From: Malacoraja senta
Taxonomy: Eukaryota
NCBI GenBank assembly: GCA_038087875.1
Contig: CM075998.1
Location: 2,978,001-3,042,000, forward strand
DNA length: 64,000 bases
Direction: 5' to 3'
This document shows, piece after piece, positions 50,876 to 63,662 of the stretch. The position numbers and the translations under genes are program-made. Numbering within the stretch: the stretch's first letter is position 1; each line of letters begins with the position of its first letter. The notes below the pieces were generated by a model. That model searched no databases, was not told the DNA's origin, and saw only the letters and a program-made list of their open reading frames with translations.

Positions 50876-51461
50876 CTCTGGAGAGAAGGAATGGGTGACG
50901 TTTCAGGTCGAGAAACCGAAGAAGGGTCTTCAAAATGAAAAGGGTCTCGACCCGAAACGTCACCCATTCCTACTCTCCAGAGATGCTGCCTGTCCCGCTG
51001 AGTTACTCCAGCTTTTCGTGTCTATGATTACAGAGTATGCTTTGAGGTTTTATTTCTCTCTGCTGTGATATTTTACTCGTCTCCCCATTATGTTTTCTCT
51101 CCACTTTCCTTGAAGTGTTGATTTGCACGGGCATATTGTTCGGGGAGCGACAGATGACTGTACAAGCGGATAGTCTTTCAACTAGAGTCCTTGCACTTTG
51201 AGGCTGCAGGGTCTTATCTTTCCCATGTGCAACACCAACACGCTAGCACTGGCTAGCAGGAGTCACTATGCCGGCTGTGCCCCTGTTCAAATCCCCCCCT
51301 CCCCACCCCAAACCCCTCCCCATCCAGATACGTTTGGGTTTATGATTGTCCACATGCACTGAGGTACAGTGAAAAGCTTCGTTCTGCATGCTATCAAACA
51401 GAACAGATAATACTGCGCATAAACAAGCAAGTCAAACTCAAGTCTAAAGGGTCCTGACCCA

Positions 51462-51852
51462 AAACGTCACCTATCCATGTTCTCCACAGATGCTGCCTGA
51501 CCCGCTGAGTTACTCCAGCACTCTGTGAAACGTCACCTATCCATGTTCTCCACAGATGCTGCCTGACCCGCTGAGTTACTCCAGCACTCTGTGAAACGTC
51601 ACCTATCCATGTTCTCCACAGATGCTGCCTGACCCACGGAGTTACTCCAGCACTCTGTGAAACGTCACCTATCCATGTTCTCCACAGATGCTGCCTGACC
51701 CGCTGAGTTACTCCAGCACTCTGTGAAACGTCACCTATCCATGTTCTCCACAGATGCTGCCTGACCCGCTGAGTTACTCCAGCACTCTGTGAAACGTCAC
51801 CTATCCATGTTCTCCACAGATGCTGCCTGACCTGCTGAGTTACTCCAGCACT
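51462..51852 (+). repeat. tandem array, 66-bp unit x6, derived from the Penelope 3' repeat
   Basis: Unit GAAACGTCACCTATCCATGTTCTCCACAGATGCTGCCTGACCCGCTGAGTTACTCCAGCACTCTGT. Confidence 0.95.
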
Positions 51853-52065
51853 TTAGACTTTAGAGATACAGTGCAGAAACAGGCCCTCCGGCCCAGCGAG
51901 TGCACGCCGACCAGCGACCAGCCCGTACACTAGCACTATTCTACACACTAGGGACAATTTGTAATTTCACCGAAGCCAATTAACCTACAAACCTGGACGT
52001 CTTTGGAGTCTTTGTGTCTTTTTCTTTTGAAAACCACCATTTGCAGTTCCTTGTTTCTACAAACT

Positions 52066-52211
52066 AGGGGGCCGGGGTGGGAGATTGCAACCTTCACGTG
52101 GTCTTCCCTGTTTCGACGAATGCAATCAAACCGGCGTGCACAATCAAATAAGATCAAATAGAACAAGTTGTCCTACAACTGTAGGCTGTGCACGCCATAT
52201 GCAAGAAGAAG
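52066..52211 (+). mobile_element. HDV-ribozyme retroposon copy 3
   Basis: TSD ACAAACT at 52059-52065 and 52212-52218. Ribozyme fold at 52074-52127 preceded by an 8-nt leader. Confidence 0.85.
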
Positions 52212-53929
52212 ACAAACTCAGGGTATAACTCAGCATTCGGGAATGGAGGGAGATGGGTTATGTGCAGGTAGATAAGTGATGGACTTGGCATCATGTTTGG
52301 CAGGGATATTGTGGGCCGAAGGGCCTGTTCTGGTGCTGTGCTATGTTCAATGTACAACAGATTGAGCAATGGGGCATATACACTTTGCAGAAGATAGTTC
52401 TCAGAATTGGAGCGCACCAGTTCTGACTTTATTGGCTTTATCTTGCACTATAAATGTTATTCACTTTATTCCCTTTATCCTGTATCTGTACACCGTGGAC
52501 GGCTCGATTGTAATCATGTGTTGTCTTTCCGCTGACTGGTTAGCACGCAACAAAAAGCTTTTCCCTGTACCTCGGTACATGTGACGAGAAACTAAACTCA
52601 ACTCTTCAGCTGGTTCCATATACGCACCACCTTCTGAGTGAAAAGTTGCCCCTCAGGTTCCCATTAACCCTTTCCCCTCTCACCTTAAACCCGTGTCGTA
52701 ATCAGTGAGCAAGTAGCCACGGTGATTTTCCATCAAAATACTCAAGCTCCATATCAATAGCACGGGAGAAAGGGTTATTAAAAACAAAATAATTATGAAC
52801 TCTGCAGCTCGAGTCCATCGCTTGTCGGGAAGAGGTTCCTGTACATGAATCTTAGCAATCAGTAGCCAGGAAGTGGAGTCATTTAAAAGGAAAATAAATT
52901 ATAAAATCCAAACACTAACCAGTGTCATTTTCTCAGCATTATCTTCAAATCGCAGCACCGGTGACATATGAAATTAAATTTCCTTTTCTTAAAAAAATAG
53001 GAAAAAAAAAATCACTCATGTCATGACGAATACAATTGTACTTAATCAAATAGCTAAATAAAGTAGGAAAGGCTTTCTTCCCCCAATCCTCCCAGTTGTA
53101 AGTGCCACTTGATGACAACCATTCAGGAACTCAAATAAAAAGACTCCACCGGTTTCATCACCAACTGCAAATCAAAAATATCTCAAAAAAAGACTATTTT
53201 CAATCCGTTTGAAAAGCTTCAAAGTTACTCGACAATGTGGTTTCAGCCGCCTTGCAGTAAAAATACACAAAACATTAAATTAGTGGTTGCCTCCGGTTTA
53301 AAAAAAAATCTAATCTAAACCAACAAACAATACACAGGCTGAGACGTTACAGCATCTTCGGTCCAAACATGAAATGGCACAGATCGCCATCTCACCCCTA
53401 TTCTCCTCCAATGGTCCAAAACTCTATAATCCAGATTTAGCAAGCTTGTACTACCTGTAAAAATCACTGCAAACTTCAAGTTGCCAGCATTTAGGAAAGC
53501 TCTTCACATCTCCCTCGTGTCCTGAAAGCTGTAGCGGCTCCAAGACCCCGATTGTGGTATGCGGGCAGCAGATCAGGAGCCCCCAGTGACTGGAAAACAG
53601 GGAAAAGATTGGATTGAATCTGGTTCATTCGGAAATTTGCCTTCCCAATTGGGACAGTGCGCAGAAATTACATCATGCCGTGCATTTTAAGCCTGTAATA
53701 CAGTGAACATTGACATCCCACCCAATTCACAGACCACATAATCAATGCACCAAGGGTTGACTAATAAAACCCAGGTACTGCCCGGTCGAGGTTTTCCAAC
53801 TTGGGTCACAGGGAGGCAGGAGGAAGTCTAGTTCAGTTTAGATACATCGTGGAAACAGGCCTTCAGCCCATTGAGTCCGCGCTGACCAACAATCATCCGT
53901 TCACCAGCTTTATCCAACACACTAGCAGG

Positions 53930-54198
53930 GCGGCCACAGGTGGTGCAGCGGTAGTTACTGCCTTACAGCGCCGGAGAACCTGGCTTCGATCCAGACTACG
54001 GGTGCTGTCTGTACGGAGTTTGCATGTTTCCCCCCATGATCACGTAGTTTTTCCTCCGAGATCTTCGGTTTCCTCCCACACTCCAAGACGTGCAGGTATG
54101 TAGGTTAATTGGCTTGGTGTATGTGTAAATTGTCCCAAGTGTGTGTAGGATAGTGTTAGTGGTGGGGGGGATCGCTGGTTGGTGCGGACTCGGTGGGA
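53930..54198 (+). mobile_element. V-SINE (HE1-like)
   Basis: Homologous to the 36304 and 48598 copies. Confidence 0.85.
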
Positions 54199-54477
54199 CA
54201 TTAAATAATGTCCAGTAAAGTTATAGATTGTCCGAGGGTCTCCAATGAGGAAGATGGTAGCTCAGGAAGGCTCTCTAGTTGGTGTGAGGATGGTTCTGGG
54301 TTGAACCCTTGGTCTGAAGAGATTCTTCAATGACTATGAGCTGCAGCAAACACCTCATTCAGATGTTGACCATTGAAGTATCATTTGGACACTTGGGGAC
54401 TGCAAACACTGCACGGAACTATATTTGCTCCATAGTCTGACTATAATGCCACTACACAGGCCCGCATTATCAACCAA

Positions 54478-54992
54478 CACTTTGAGGAAGGACATTCTTG
54501 CTATTGAGGGAGTGCAGCGTAGGTTTACAAGTTAATTCCAGGGATGGCGGGACTGTCATATGCTGAGAGAATGGATCGGCTGGGCTTGTACACTCTGGAG
54601 TTTAGAAGGATGAGAGGGTATCTCATTGAAACATATAAGATTGTTAAGGGCTGGGACACGCTAGAGGCAGGAAACATGTTCCCGATGTTGGGGGAGTCCA
54701 GAACCATGGGCCACACAGTTTAAGAATAAGGAGTAAGCCATTTAGAACGGAGATGAGAAAACACTTTTTCTCACAGGGAGTGGTGAGTCTGTGGAATTCT
54801 CTGCTCAGAGGGTGGTGGAGGCAGGTTCTCTGGATGCTTTCAAGAGAGAGCTAGATAGGGCTCTTAAAATAGCAGAGTCAGGGGATATGGGGAGAAGGCA
54901 GGAACGGGTACTGATTGGGGATGATCAGCCATGATCACATTGAATGGCGGTGCTGGCTCGAAGGCCAAATGGCCTGCTCCTGCACCTATTGT
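54478..54992 (+). mobile_element. CR1 LINE 3' fragment
   Basis: LRKDILAIEGVQRRFT...LGLYTLEFRRMRG..IETYKI ORF2 C-terminus and GGCCAAATGGCCT 3' hairpin. Confidence 0.92.
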
Positions 54993-55411
54993 GCTGTGGT
55001 ATATTATTTAGTGCACATGTTTAATCAATGATGTTTTATTATTAATGTTTAATGTTTTATGAATAATTCCTAACTGTCACTGTATGTCATGTTGTCACTT
55101 TCGGGCGGAGCACCAAGGCAAATTCCTTGTATGTGAATACTTGGCGAATAAAATTATTAATTCATTCACTATTCGTCAGTCCTGTCCAATGAAGGTGGAG
55201 AGGCGAAGCTTTCAGCTGAGGCACAGAAGAATGCACTGCGACATCACGGGCAGGATCAGCAGGTGAGACAGGCGGACAGCGCACTCTTTATGCTCGCGAG
55301 GGCAATGCAAACATTTGCAGAGAGCCATAGTTCACGTGCAAGAATCGCCACAATAAAATAACGTGAAGAAAACCCAGACATGGGGCAGGACAGGGTTTGA
55401 AGCAACAAAGG

Positions 55412-56200
55412 CGGTGGCACGCAGCTGGTAGAGCCACTGCCTCGCAGCGCCAGAGACCAAGTTCAATCCTGACCTCGGGCGCTGTCTGCATGGAGTTGCA
55501 CGTTCACCCCCATGCCGTATGGGCTTCCTCCCACATCTTAAAGATGTGCGGATTTTTAGGTTTGTTGAAACAAAAACAAAACAAAGTGTCAGAGTAGACA
55601 CAAAATGCTGGAGTAACTCAGCGGGTGAGGCAGCATCTATGGAGAGAAGGAATGGGTGACATTTCAATGTCGCCCATTCCTTCTCTCCGTTGATGCTGCC
55701 TGACCCGCTGAGTTACTCCAGCATTTTGTGTCTACCTTTGATTTTCCCAGCATCTGCAGTTCTTTCTGACAAATGCTGGAGTAACTCAGCGGGTCAGGCA
55801 GCATCACTGGAGAACATGGATAGGTGACGTTTCACAGAGTGCTGGAGTAAACTCAGTGGGTCAGGCAGCATCTGTGGAGAACATGGATAGGTGACGTTTC
55901 ACAGAGTGCTGGAGTAACTCAGCGGGTCAGGCAGCATCTCTGGAGAACATGGATAGGCGACGTTTCACAGAGTGCTGGAGTAACTCAGCGGGTCAGGCAG
56001 CATCTGTGGAAGAACATGGATAGGTTATGTTTCGGGTTGGGATCCTTCGGTTGGGATCCTTCCTCAGACTGATCCGTAGATTAATTGGCCTTTGTAAATT
56101 GTAATAGTGTGCAGGAAGCCGATGCAAAAGCGGAACAGAGAACTCGTGGTTGGCGTGGACTCAGTGGGCCGAAGGGCCTGTTTTCACGCTGCCTCTTCCA
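55412..56200 (+). mobile_element. V-SINE split by Penelope-derived repeats
   Basis: Head at 55412-55562; 3' part resumes at about 56075. Confidence 0.7.
55774..56035 (-). repeat. tandem array, same ~66-bp unit x4, opposite orientation
   Basis: TGCTGGAGTAACTCAGCGGGTCAGGCAGCATCTGTGGAGAACATGGATAGGTGACGTTTCACAGAG repeated. Confidence 0.92.
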
Positions 56201-58301
56201 ATCAAGGAATTCCATAGTGAGAACATGCAGTAGGACAAGTGAACAGACAAGAGTTTTAATTAAAAACTTTACTTGCATTGTATTTAACAGATTGTGTAGA
56301 ACGATACAAACATTGCAATTTCAAATCACATAAACACGTATTTATTGAACAATATTTTTAAAAATTAGTGAGACATGTTCCATTGAACAAGACATTTCAC
56401 TCCAATATAAAACCACTGTCAGAGATCGATCGGCTGCTAAGACTTTGGAATGCTGGGCTGCCACGGTATTTGACAACTTACAACTAAAACGGTGTGAAAG
56501 AGAGGCCTTCAGAATTTCCATCAGGGACCGAAGGCCGACAGGCAATTTGAACAATTTAAACCCTACATGTGGAATGTCAACCCTAACGAAGGAACAAGAC
56601 GTTGCCTTGCACTGAAGCGAGGTGTTCAGTGCTTCTCCTCAGAGGTCTGAGCTCGGTGCTTCTCCTCAGAGGTCATGTTCTGTGGTCCTCAGTACATTGG
56701 GGTCCAATTCAATGGGTGGCAACGACCCTGCGCACCTCATCCAAGCAACCCTTCAAGTGCAAGCCAAGGCAGCAAACGCTAACTAGATACTGAACCGTTA
56801 AGGGCAGCAACTCAACGTGGTGCACGCCAGCGACCTCCCCCCACGATGTGCCCGAGAGCCAGCTGCTCCAGATTTCATTTCAACGTGCAACTGAATGAGG
56901 ATCTAAGAAACAGAGCCATGGTAATACAAGGCGCTCACTGTAACCGCTGAAAAGCATGGACCATATCTTCAAACTTCATCACACGGAAAATTGACTACTA
57001 TGCTCAAACCCTTGAAGAACCAAGAACTTGGGGAGACCACGAATGCTACTGTTGCAGCCAATTTCAATTTGCTCCTCAGTCGACATCTAACAGTACGAGA
57101 TGTTTCTGCCGAAGCGGCCATTTTGAAGGCATTACAAAAATTATCAAAGTTCCCATTAAAATTCATAAATCGCTGAAAGGTTAATTAAATTGGCTGGGAC
57201 CGGTCTCCATGGCAACACTGCAAACATGCTCATGAAAGAAGAACGAATGGCCCGGCAACAAAGCAAACCTCTCACCTGGCACGTAAACAAACACCATCTT
57301 ATGAAAGCTGTGGGAAAAGTAGAGGAGAATGGATTTTTTTGCACTTGCATTTGAAGTGTGCACCAGATAAACAACTTTAGAAAGATTAGCAATCGCTACA
57401 AGGTCAATTTGCACCATTTAAAAAAAAGATAAGGAAATTACAAATGGGTTTATACTGAATTTTGGACCCATCAGATCTATTGGAATAGCTTCTGAAAACA
57501 TTATCTTGTAGTGAGAGTTGAGGACTGTGGCCAGAACACAGAACATCTAACACTCATCAGCTCAGTGGTCCATGACTATGAGCTAAATTAAATTGTTCAC
57601 AGCTTTAAAGGGAGAATTATCACACACAATTATCACCAACTGCAATCTTACGGGATTGATTTCTCAATTCAATCTCTGCAGTGCAAATTTTCACCAAGAG
57701 CTTTGATGCCAAAACCATTTCGGAGAATCTCTCTGAGGGGAGAAACTGCAGATGCTGGTTTACACCGAAGATAGACACAAAACACTGGAGTAACTCAGCG
57801 GCACAGGCAGCATCTCTGGAGAGATGGAATGGGCGACGTTTCGGATCGAGACTGAAGAAGGGTCTCGGCCTGAAACGTCACCCATTCCTTCTCTCCAGAG
57901 ATGCTGCCTGTTACTCCAGCATTCGGTGTCTATCACAGAGTCTCTTTATTGGCAATCCCATTCAAAATAAAGATTTTTACTTCTCAAAAAAAAGGGAGGC
58001 ACATGCACATTAACAAGCGACTATGATATGGACTTTGTCAAAAGACCTACTGTTGTGTGTCAGAGGGGTGTTGTAAGTGTGCCATAGCACCCATATAGTC
58101 TTGTCCAAATCGACAAAAGGAAATGCAACTTCTGGCTGAAACACAGACTTTAACTGGGAACCCCCATTACAGTTTCATGCTTGTGTCTTCTCAAATGACC
58201 TCAAACAAGTGGTAGTTGTAGTGCTGGCTTGGCTTGGGAGGCACGAGGCAACCTGAATGTCAAGCGCACGGATGCACTGTTATAGCTTCTAGCCCTCCTT
58301 A

Positions 58302-58578
58302 CGGGCCTGTCCCACGTACACAATTTAACGCAATATTTTTTTACAGCGACTTGCCGGCACCCGTCATAGTCGCAGCAGGTTGGCTAAAAAATGTCGACAT
58401 GTTGAAAATCCAGCGGCGACCAGAAATAGGTACAACTCTTTGGGCGACTACTCACGACCATACAGGCGTCACCCCGCGACATGTCGGGAGTAGTGGCCTG
58501 TATGGTCGTGAGCAGGGGCCCAAATTTCTATTTCTGCCAAAAAAAATTGCGTGAAATCACTCAAGTGGGACAGGCCCG
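58302..58578. mobile_element. PIF/Harbinger-like MITE
   Basis: TIR CGGGCCTGTCCCAC / GTGGGACAGGCCCG, TSD TTA on both sides. Confidence 0.87.
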
Positions 58579-59794
58579 TTAGTCAATGGAATACAAAGAC
58601 CAAGCAAGGATACAAGAGGCATTGCTTCATCAGTAACCCCAACACCTCTTGTAATAAAGCAACTGTTTTGGATTTGCCAGTAACTGCTGCAGATTAGAAC
58701 ACCTACAATTTTGCAGAAGCTCGTTTTTTTTGTCCCCCAAATCAAAACCATCCATCTCCCCTGCCCAAATAAAATCACAAGAAACTCTTCGAAAACTATT
58801 TACAATGTTCTAGACTCCTTGAGAAAATCTCACTCAACCATCCTCTTTCGTTACGGTTAGCCAGCCGAGTTATTTGTTCACCACGTTCTCCATTACGTGG
58901 CTCCGCGTGACGCAAGGCTCGTGTGGTTCAACACAAGTAGCATCTTGTCAGAACTAAGACGGTCACCCCTCTTAAAACTCAGCCACACAATATTCCTGCT
59001 CTCCAATCAAACACAGGGAAATTCTTCTGATTCCATCCTTCCGACAGCCCAATTGACAAGTGTCATTTAAAAACAGAAATGGAATGATTGCAGTCAATGC
59101 GGACTTTAAAAAAAAAGTTCCAACAAGGACAAAAATACATTTAAATAAAACACACTGAATCCACAATTCAAAAAAAACATATTGCACAATATAGTGTAAA
59201 CATTTAACTGTCTGAAATATCAACCACTTTGGATTACTCCATTGCATAATAGTTTGCAATGACTTAATTAGTTCTGTCTCTTAACAGCAAAGGAGATTCC
59301 AGCTTCATCGGATGTAAACAAAGTTTAGGCGCGCCACAGGTGGAAAAAGGCTGCTGAGTGGGCAGCCTTGCAAAAGGGCGGAAAAGTGCCTGACCCTGAG
59401 TTTAAAGTCGATGCTACCTTCCCCCGGGACAGGGGGTCTCGAAACGTTGACGGCAGCTTTCACAGTATAGTTTGAAGACAGTTCAGTCCCTTCACATTTC
59501 GCCTGCCACAAGCACCAACGATGCTACAAGAGTCTCTTGCTGTTCGCTGAGCCCATCTGGGCAGAGATGCTGGATCGGGAGACTGGGAGCGGCAATCTGT
59601 CCAAACCTGAGAGAAATAGAGTGGACCAGAGTTAGAGCCACAACATCGGTAAACTCAACGGCAGGTGAAAATCTACTGAGTGTCAATCCGCGGAATGTGG
59701 ATTTTACTCCGTGAATGAATCAAATTAAATTGTAGCTTTTGAATTCCTTAATCAACTTCAGACTCTTCTGCACATGCAGTTTCATAATCCAACT

Positions 59795-59983
59795 AGGTAG
59801 ACAAAAATGCTGGAGAAACTCAGCGGGTGCAGCAGCATCTATGGAGCAAAGGAAATAGGCAACGTTTCTGGCCGAAACATTGTCCATTTCCTTCGCTCCA
59901 TAGATGCTGCTGCACCCGCTGAGTTTCTCCAGCACTTTTGTATACCTTCGATTTTCCAGCATCTGCAGTTCCTTCTTAAACAA
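59795..59983 (+). mobile_element. Penelope-derived fold-back insertion
   Basis: Same palindrome-plus-tail layout. 14-bp TSD TTCATAATCCAACT. Confidence 0.9.
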
Positions 59984-60024
59984 TTCATAATCCAACTGCC
60001 TGTAGGGACAGCAAACCCAACCCA

Positions 60025-60272
60025 CGGAAGGTTGTCTTGTTGAGTTTCATTGTCTGTAACTCGTTTTCACCTAACACCTCAGCGAACAATGGCCTGTCTC
60101 CTTTATCATTATTACTTTTTTGCATATCATGCATTTGCTCTATATCACCGTCTTTATCTCTCGTTTCCCTTTCCCCAGACTCTGTCTGAAGAAGGGTCTC
60201 GATCCGAAACGTCACCCATTCCTTTTCTCCAGAGATGCTGCCTGACCCGCTGAGTTACTCCAGCATTTTGTT
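60025..60272 (+). mobile_element. Penelope-like 3' repeat fragment with hammerhead motif
   Basis: CTGAAGAAGGGTCTCGATCCGAAACGTCACC followed by AGATGCTGCCTGACCCGCTGAGTTACTCCAGCA. Confidence 0.75.
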
Positions 60273-61049
60273 TCCTATCCAGGGACTCCTCTCACCCACA
60301 GGCAGGCCCTTGGCATAGTATTAACGCAAGCAAGATTTACATGTGGCCACCTCTGTAAGATTACGCTAAGGAGATTGCAATTAATTATGTTCACAACTAT
60401 TCATGTTACCCAACCATTCCACACCACGATTTTGAGAAACTGTCAGAATCAGATTTGCCTTTCCTGTTAATCAGTGCACATAACTTTCTTGATCAGCGAT
60501 AAGTCAGAAGAATGAAGAGTTGACAAGTCTATTTGAAAGTAATCTTATCAAAATGTATTATAAATAACTTGGGCCCTTTTCCCCCCCAGTCAGACTACAT
60601 TGTGATCAAGGTAGACCCCACTGTGTTTCCAAGTCTGGTCAGGCCCGGAGGTTTTTCTTTTGTCTAATCTTTACGTCCAGAAATAGAAGTTAATTATTTT
60701 AGAACACAGGATTTGAGTCAATAATGCGAGAGTTCTTTTCATATTTTGGATTTACTCCAGTTGGTCAAAAAAAAAAAAGGTTAGTTATTGTGAAACTTGG
60801 CTCTTGGTCGTAAATTATTCAGATCAAGAAAAAAAAGAAAAATTTGAAAACAAAAAATCGAAAGACACATTTGTCAACTGGGTGGCCAAGTATCTGAGCA
60901 GTAACTGTACAATATTTTTGACTGTTTTTACAGATAAAGCAGGTTTAAACAGTTGCTTGAAATGGCTGTAATATATTAATCAATAGCATACTGCAGTGTT
61001 TGGGTGGGCAGCCATTTCAGTTCAGAGAAGCCATAATACCTGGTGAATA

Positions 61050-61357
61050 TTTAGTTTAGAGATACAGCGCGGAAACAGGCCCTTCGGCCACCAAATCCAC
61101 GCCGACCTGCGATCCCCGCACATTAACACTATTCCACATACACTAGGGACAATTTTTTTTAAACAATTTTACCAAGCCAATTAACCTACAAACCTGTCTG
61201 TCTTTGGAGTGTGGGAGGAAACCGGAGCACCCGGAGAAAACCCACGCAGGTCATGGGGAGAACGTACAAACTCCGTACAGACAGCACCCAGCATCAGGAT
61301 GGAACCCGGGTCTCTGGCGCTGTGGGGCAGCAACTCTACCGCTGCGCCACCGTGGCC
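61050..61357 (-). mobile_element. full-length V-SINE (HE1-like)
   Basis: Reverse complement of tRNA head, V-domain and TAAAC tail. Confidence 0.88.
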
Positions 61358-61707
61358 ACTAAACACAATTAACACGACTTTCTTAAATGAGTTAATTTAT
61401 GTTTTTCGCTCATGTGACAAAATAAATTATATAAAAAATTATACACAAGGGAGAATAAGATGAAAATTACCAAAAAAACATAAGAAAATTAAGTCGAGGG
61501 CGAATGAAATTTTGTGATAAACTCAAGGGTGAATGACACTGAAATAGTTTAAGAAGCACTGCATTGGAGAGTGGTATTAAGAAGAATATTGGATAGGAAC
61601 GTGGAATCCTTTACTTGCTTACAATTTAAGAAGTGCCCCTACAATCCACATCGTTAACCACCTAATACTTGCCCCAATAACATCACTCAGCTTGACACTA
61701 ATCTTTG

Positions 61708-62205
61708 TGGAACTGCAGATGCTGGTTTACACTGAAGATAGACACAAAATGCTGGAGTAACTCCGCAGGACAGGCAGCATCTCTGGAGAGAAGGAATGGG
61801 TGACATTTCCGGTTGAGACCCTTCTTCAGACCGCGAGTTAGGGGAGAGGGAAGTCTAGAGATATGGACGAGTAAGGTGTGAAAATGACTGATCAAAGCAG
61901 ACAATAAGGAAATGTAGAATGGTTCCTTGTTCGCTGTGGGAAAGGTGACAAGGAGGCATACAATCAGTAAAATTACGGACAGTGAAACTAGTCGTAGAAC
62001 TAGGTGGGGACGGAGAGAGAGAGGGGAAAGCAAGGGCGACTTGGAGTTAGAGAAGTCAATATTGGGATGTAAGCTGCCCAAGCAAAACATGAGGTGCTGT
62101 TCCTCCAATTTGCGCTGGGCCTCACTTTGACAGTGGAGGAGGCCCAGGACAGAAAGGTCAGATTGGGAATGGGAATGGGAAGGGGAGTTAAGTTGTTTGG
62201 CAAAC
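61708..62205 (-). mobile_element. Penelope-like element 3' fragment
   Basis: SDLSVLGLLHCQSEAQRKLEEQHLMFCLGSL peptide homologous to the 47.1-kb copy, followed by the same 3' repeat. Confidence 0.9.
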
Positions 62206-63662
62206 TTCATGTTACAGGTTAAAAAATTAAAAAAAACATATTTAATGAAGGAAAGAAAACCTTGCCATTTGGCATCTCGGAAAGTCAGTCCAAAACAAAA
62301 CGCACAAATACCTCAAACAATTGTGGTTAAGTCATCTGGTTCAGCAATCTGTACAAATTATCTTGATCAACTTAAAAATACCATACAATTAGTTATATTG
62401 TTATTTGCTTTTGAAGTGCATGCGCCTTCCCCCCCACCTTATGATACAGAATGGCTTTATGAAACAGTACCTCCGTGCCAATATCAAGTCGTTTCAGTAG
62501 GTGGGTACGGGCTGCTAATCGCGTGGTGCGGGCGAGGCACTTCGCTCCCCCCTTATCTCACCCACTCGGAATGAGCTTGGGCAGCCATTGTATTCAATTT
62601 GTTGACAATGAGAGATTAGCAATGGCTCCCAGAGGGGAAAGCTTTTCACAGCAGCCTTTGCCCCGAGGGACCAAGCTGGGATTGTAATGCAGGACAAACG
62701 TCACGTCACACCGATCACATGGCCAGGGCATAGTTTAACCCCGTGGCGATTTTATCTTATTCAGCCAGCCAGTAAAACGTGATTGAAGGTACATACTCGG
62801 AGTGGGAATCGCAGTCTCTTTTCTCAGTGACTGCAGGAGGCATTTATAGAAAGCTAGTCTTTAAATAAACGATAGCACTACCAGCGCCCATAAAGCATTT
62901 TTGTTTCGTTTATTTTAGAAATACAGTGCAGAAACAGGCCCTTCGGCCCACCGAGTCCGCACCGACCAGCAATCCCTGCACATTAACATTCACCTACTCA
63001 CAATTGTGGGACAATTTTACATTTATACCAAGCCAATTAACCTACAATAGACACCAAAAGCTGGAGACACTCAGCAGGATGGGCAGCATCGCGGGAGAGA
63101 AGGAATGGGTGAGATTTTGGGTCGAGACCCTTCTTCAGATTACAACCTACAAACCTGTATGTCTTTGGTTGCAATAACCACAGCCATAACTAATGGCAGC
63201 AATCTTACTAATAATAGAGGGCAGTCCAGAATCCGTAACTGAAGACCAGATCTGGGTGCCAAACCAACAGCAAAATAATTGGAAAAGGAACATTAGAAGA
63301 CATTGTGTCGGAAGGAACTGCAGATGCTGGTTTACACAGTAGACACAGAATGTTGCAGTAACTCAGCGGGACAGGCGGCAGCATCTCTTGAGAGAAGGAA
63401 TGGGTGATGTTTTGGGTCGAGATCCTTCTTCAGATTGAGAGGCTGAAATCTCAGTCTGAAGAAGGGTCTCGACCCAAAACTCCAGAGATGCTGCCTGTCC
63501 TGCTGAGTTACTCCAGCATTTTGTGTCTGCATGAATCTACATGGACAGGAGAGGGAGATAGTGTGCAGTTCCACAGAGTTACAGCTGTCCCTTAACTCAC
63601 CATGTAACCATGCAGCTGTCGTTGGTGGCCCATTCCACAAAGCGAGCAGAAAATGTTACAAG

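Noticed and set aside
51462..51852. CRISPR-like array
   Set aside because: The units are contiguous with no unique spacers, the context is eukaryotic, and the unit derives from a Penelope repeat.
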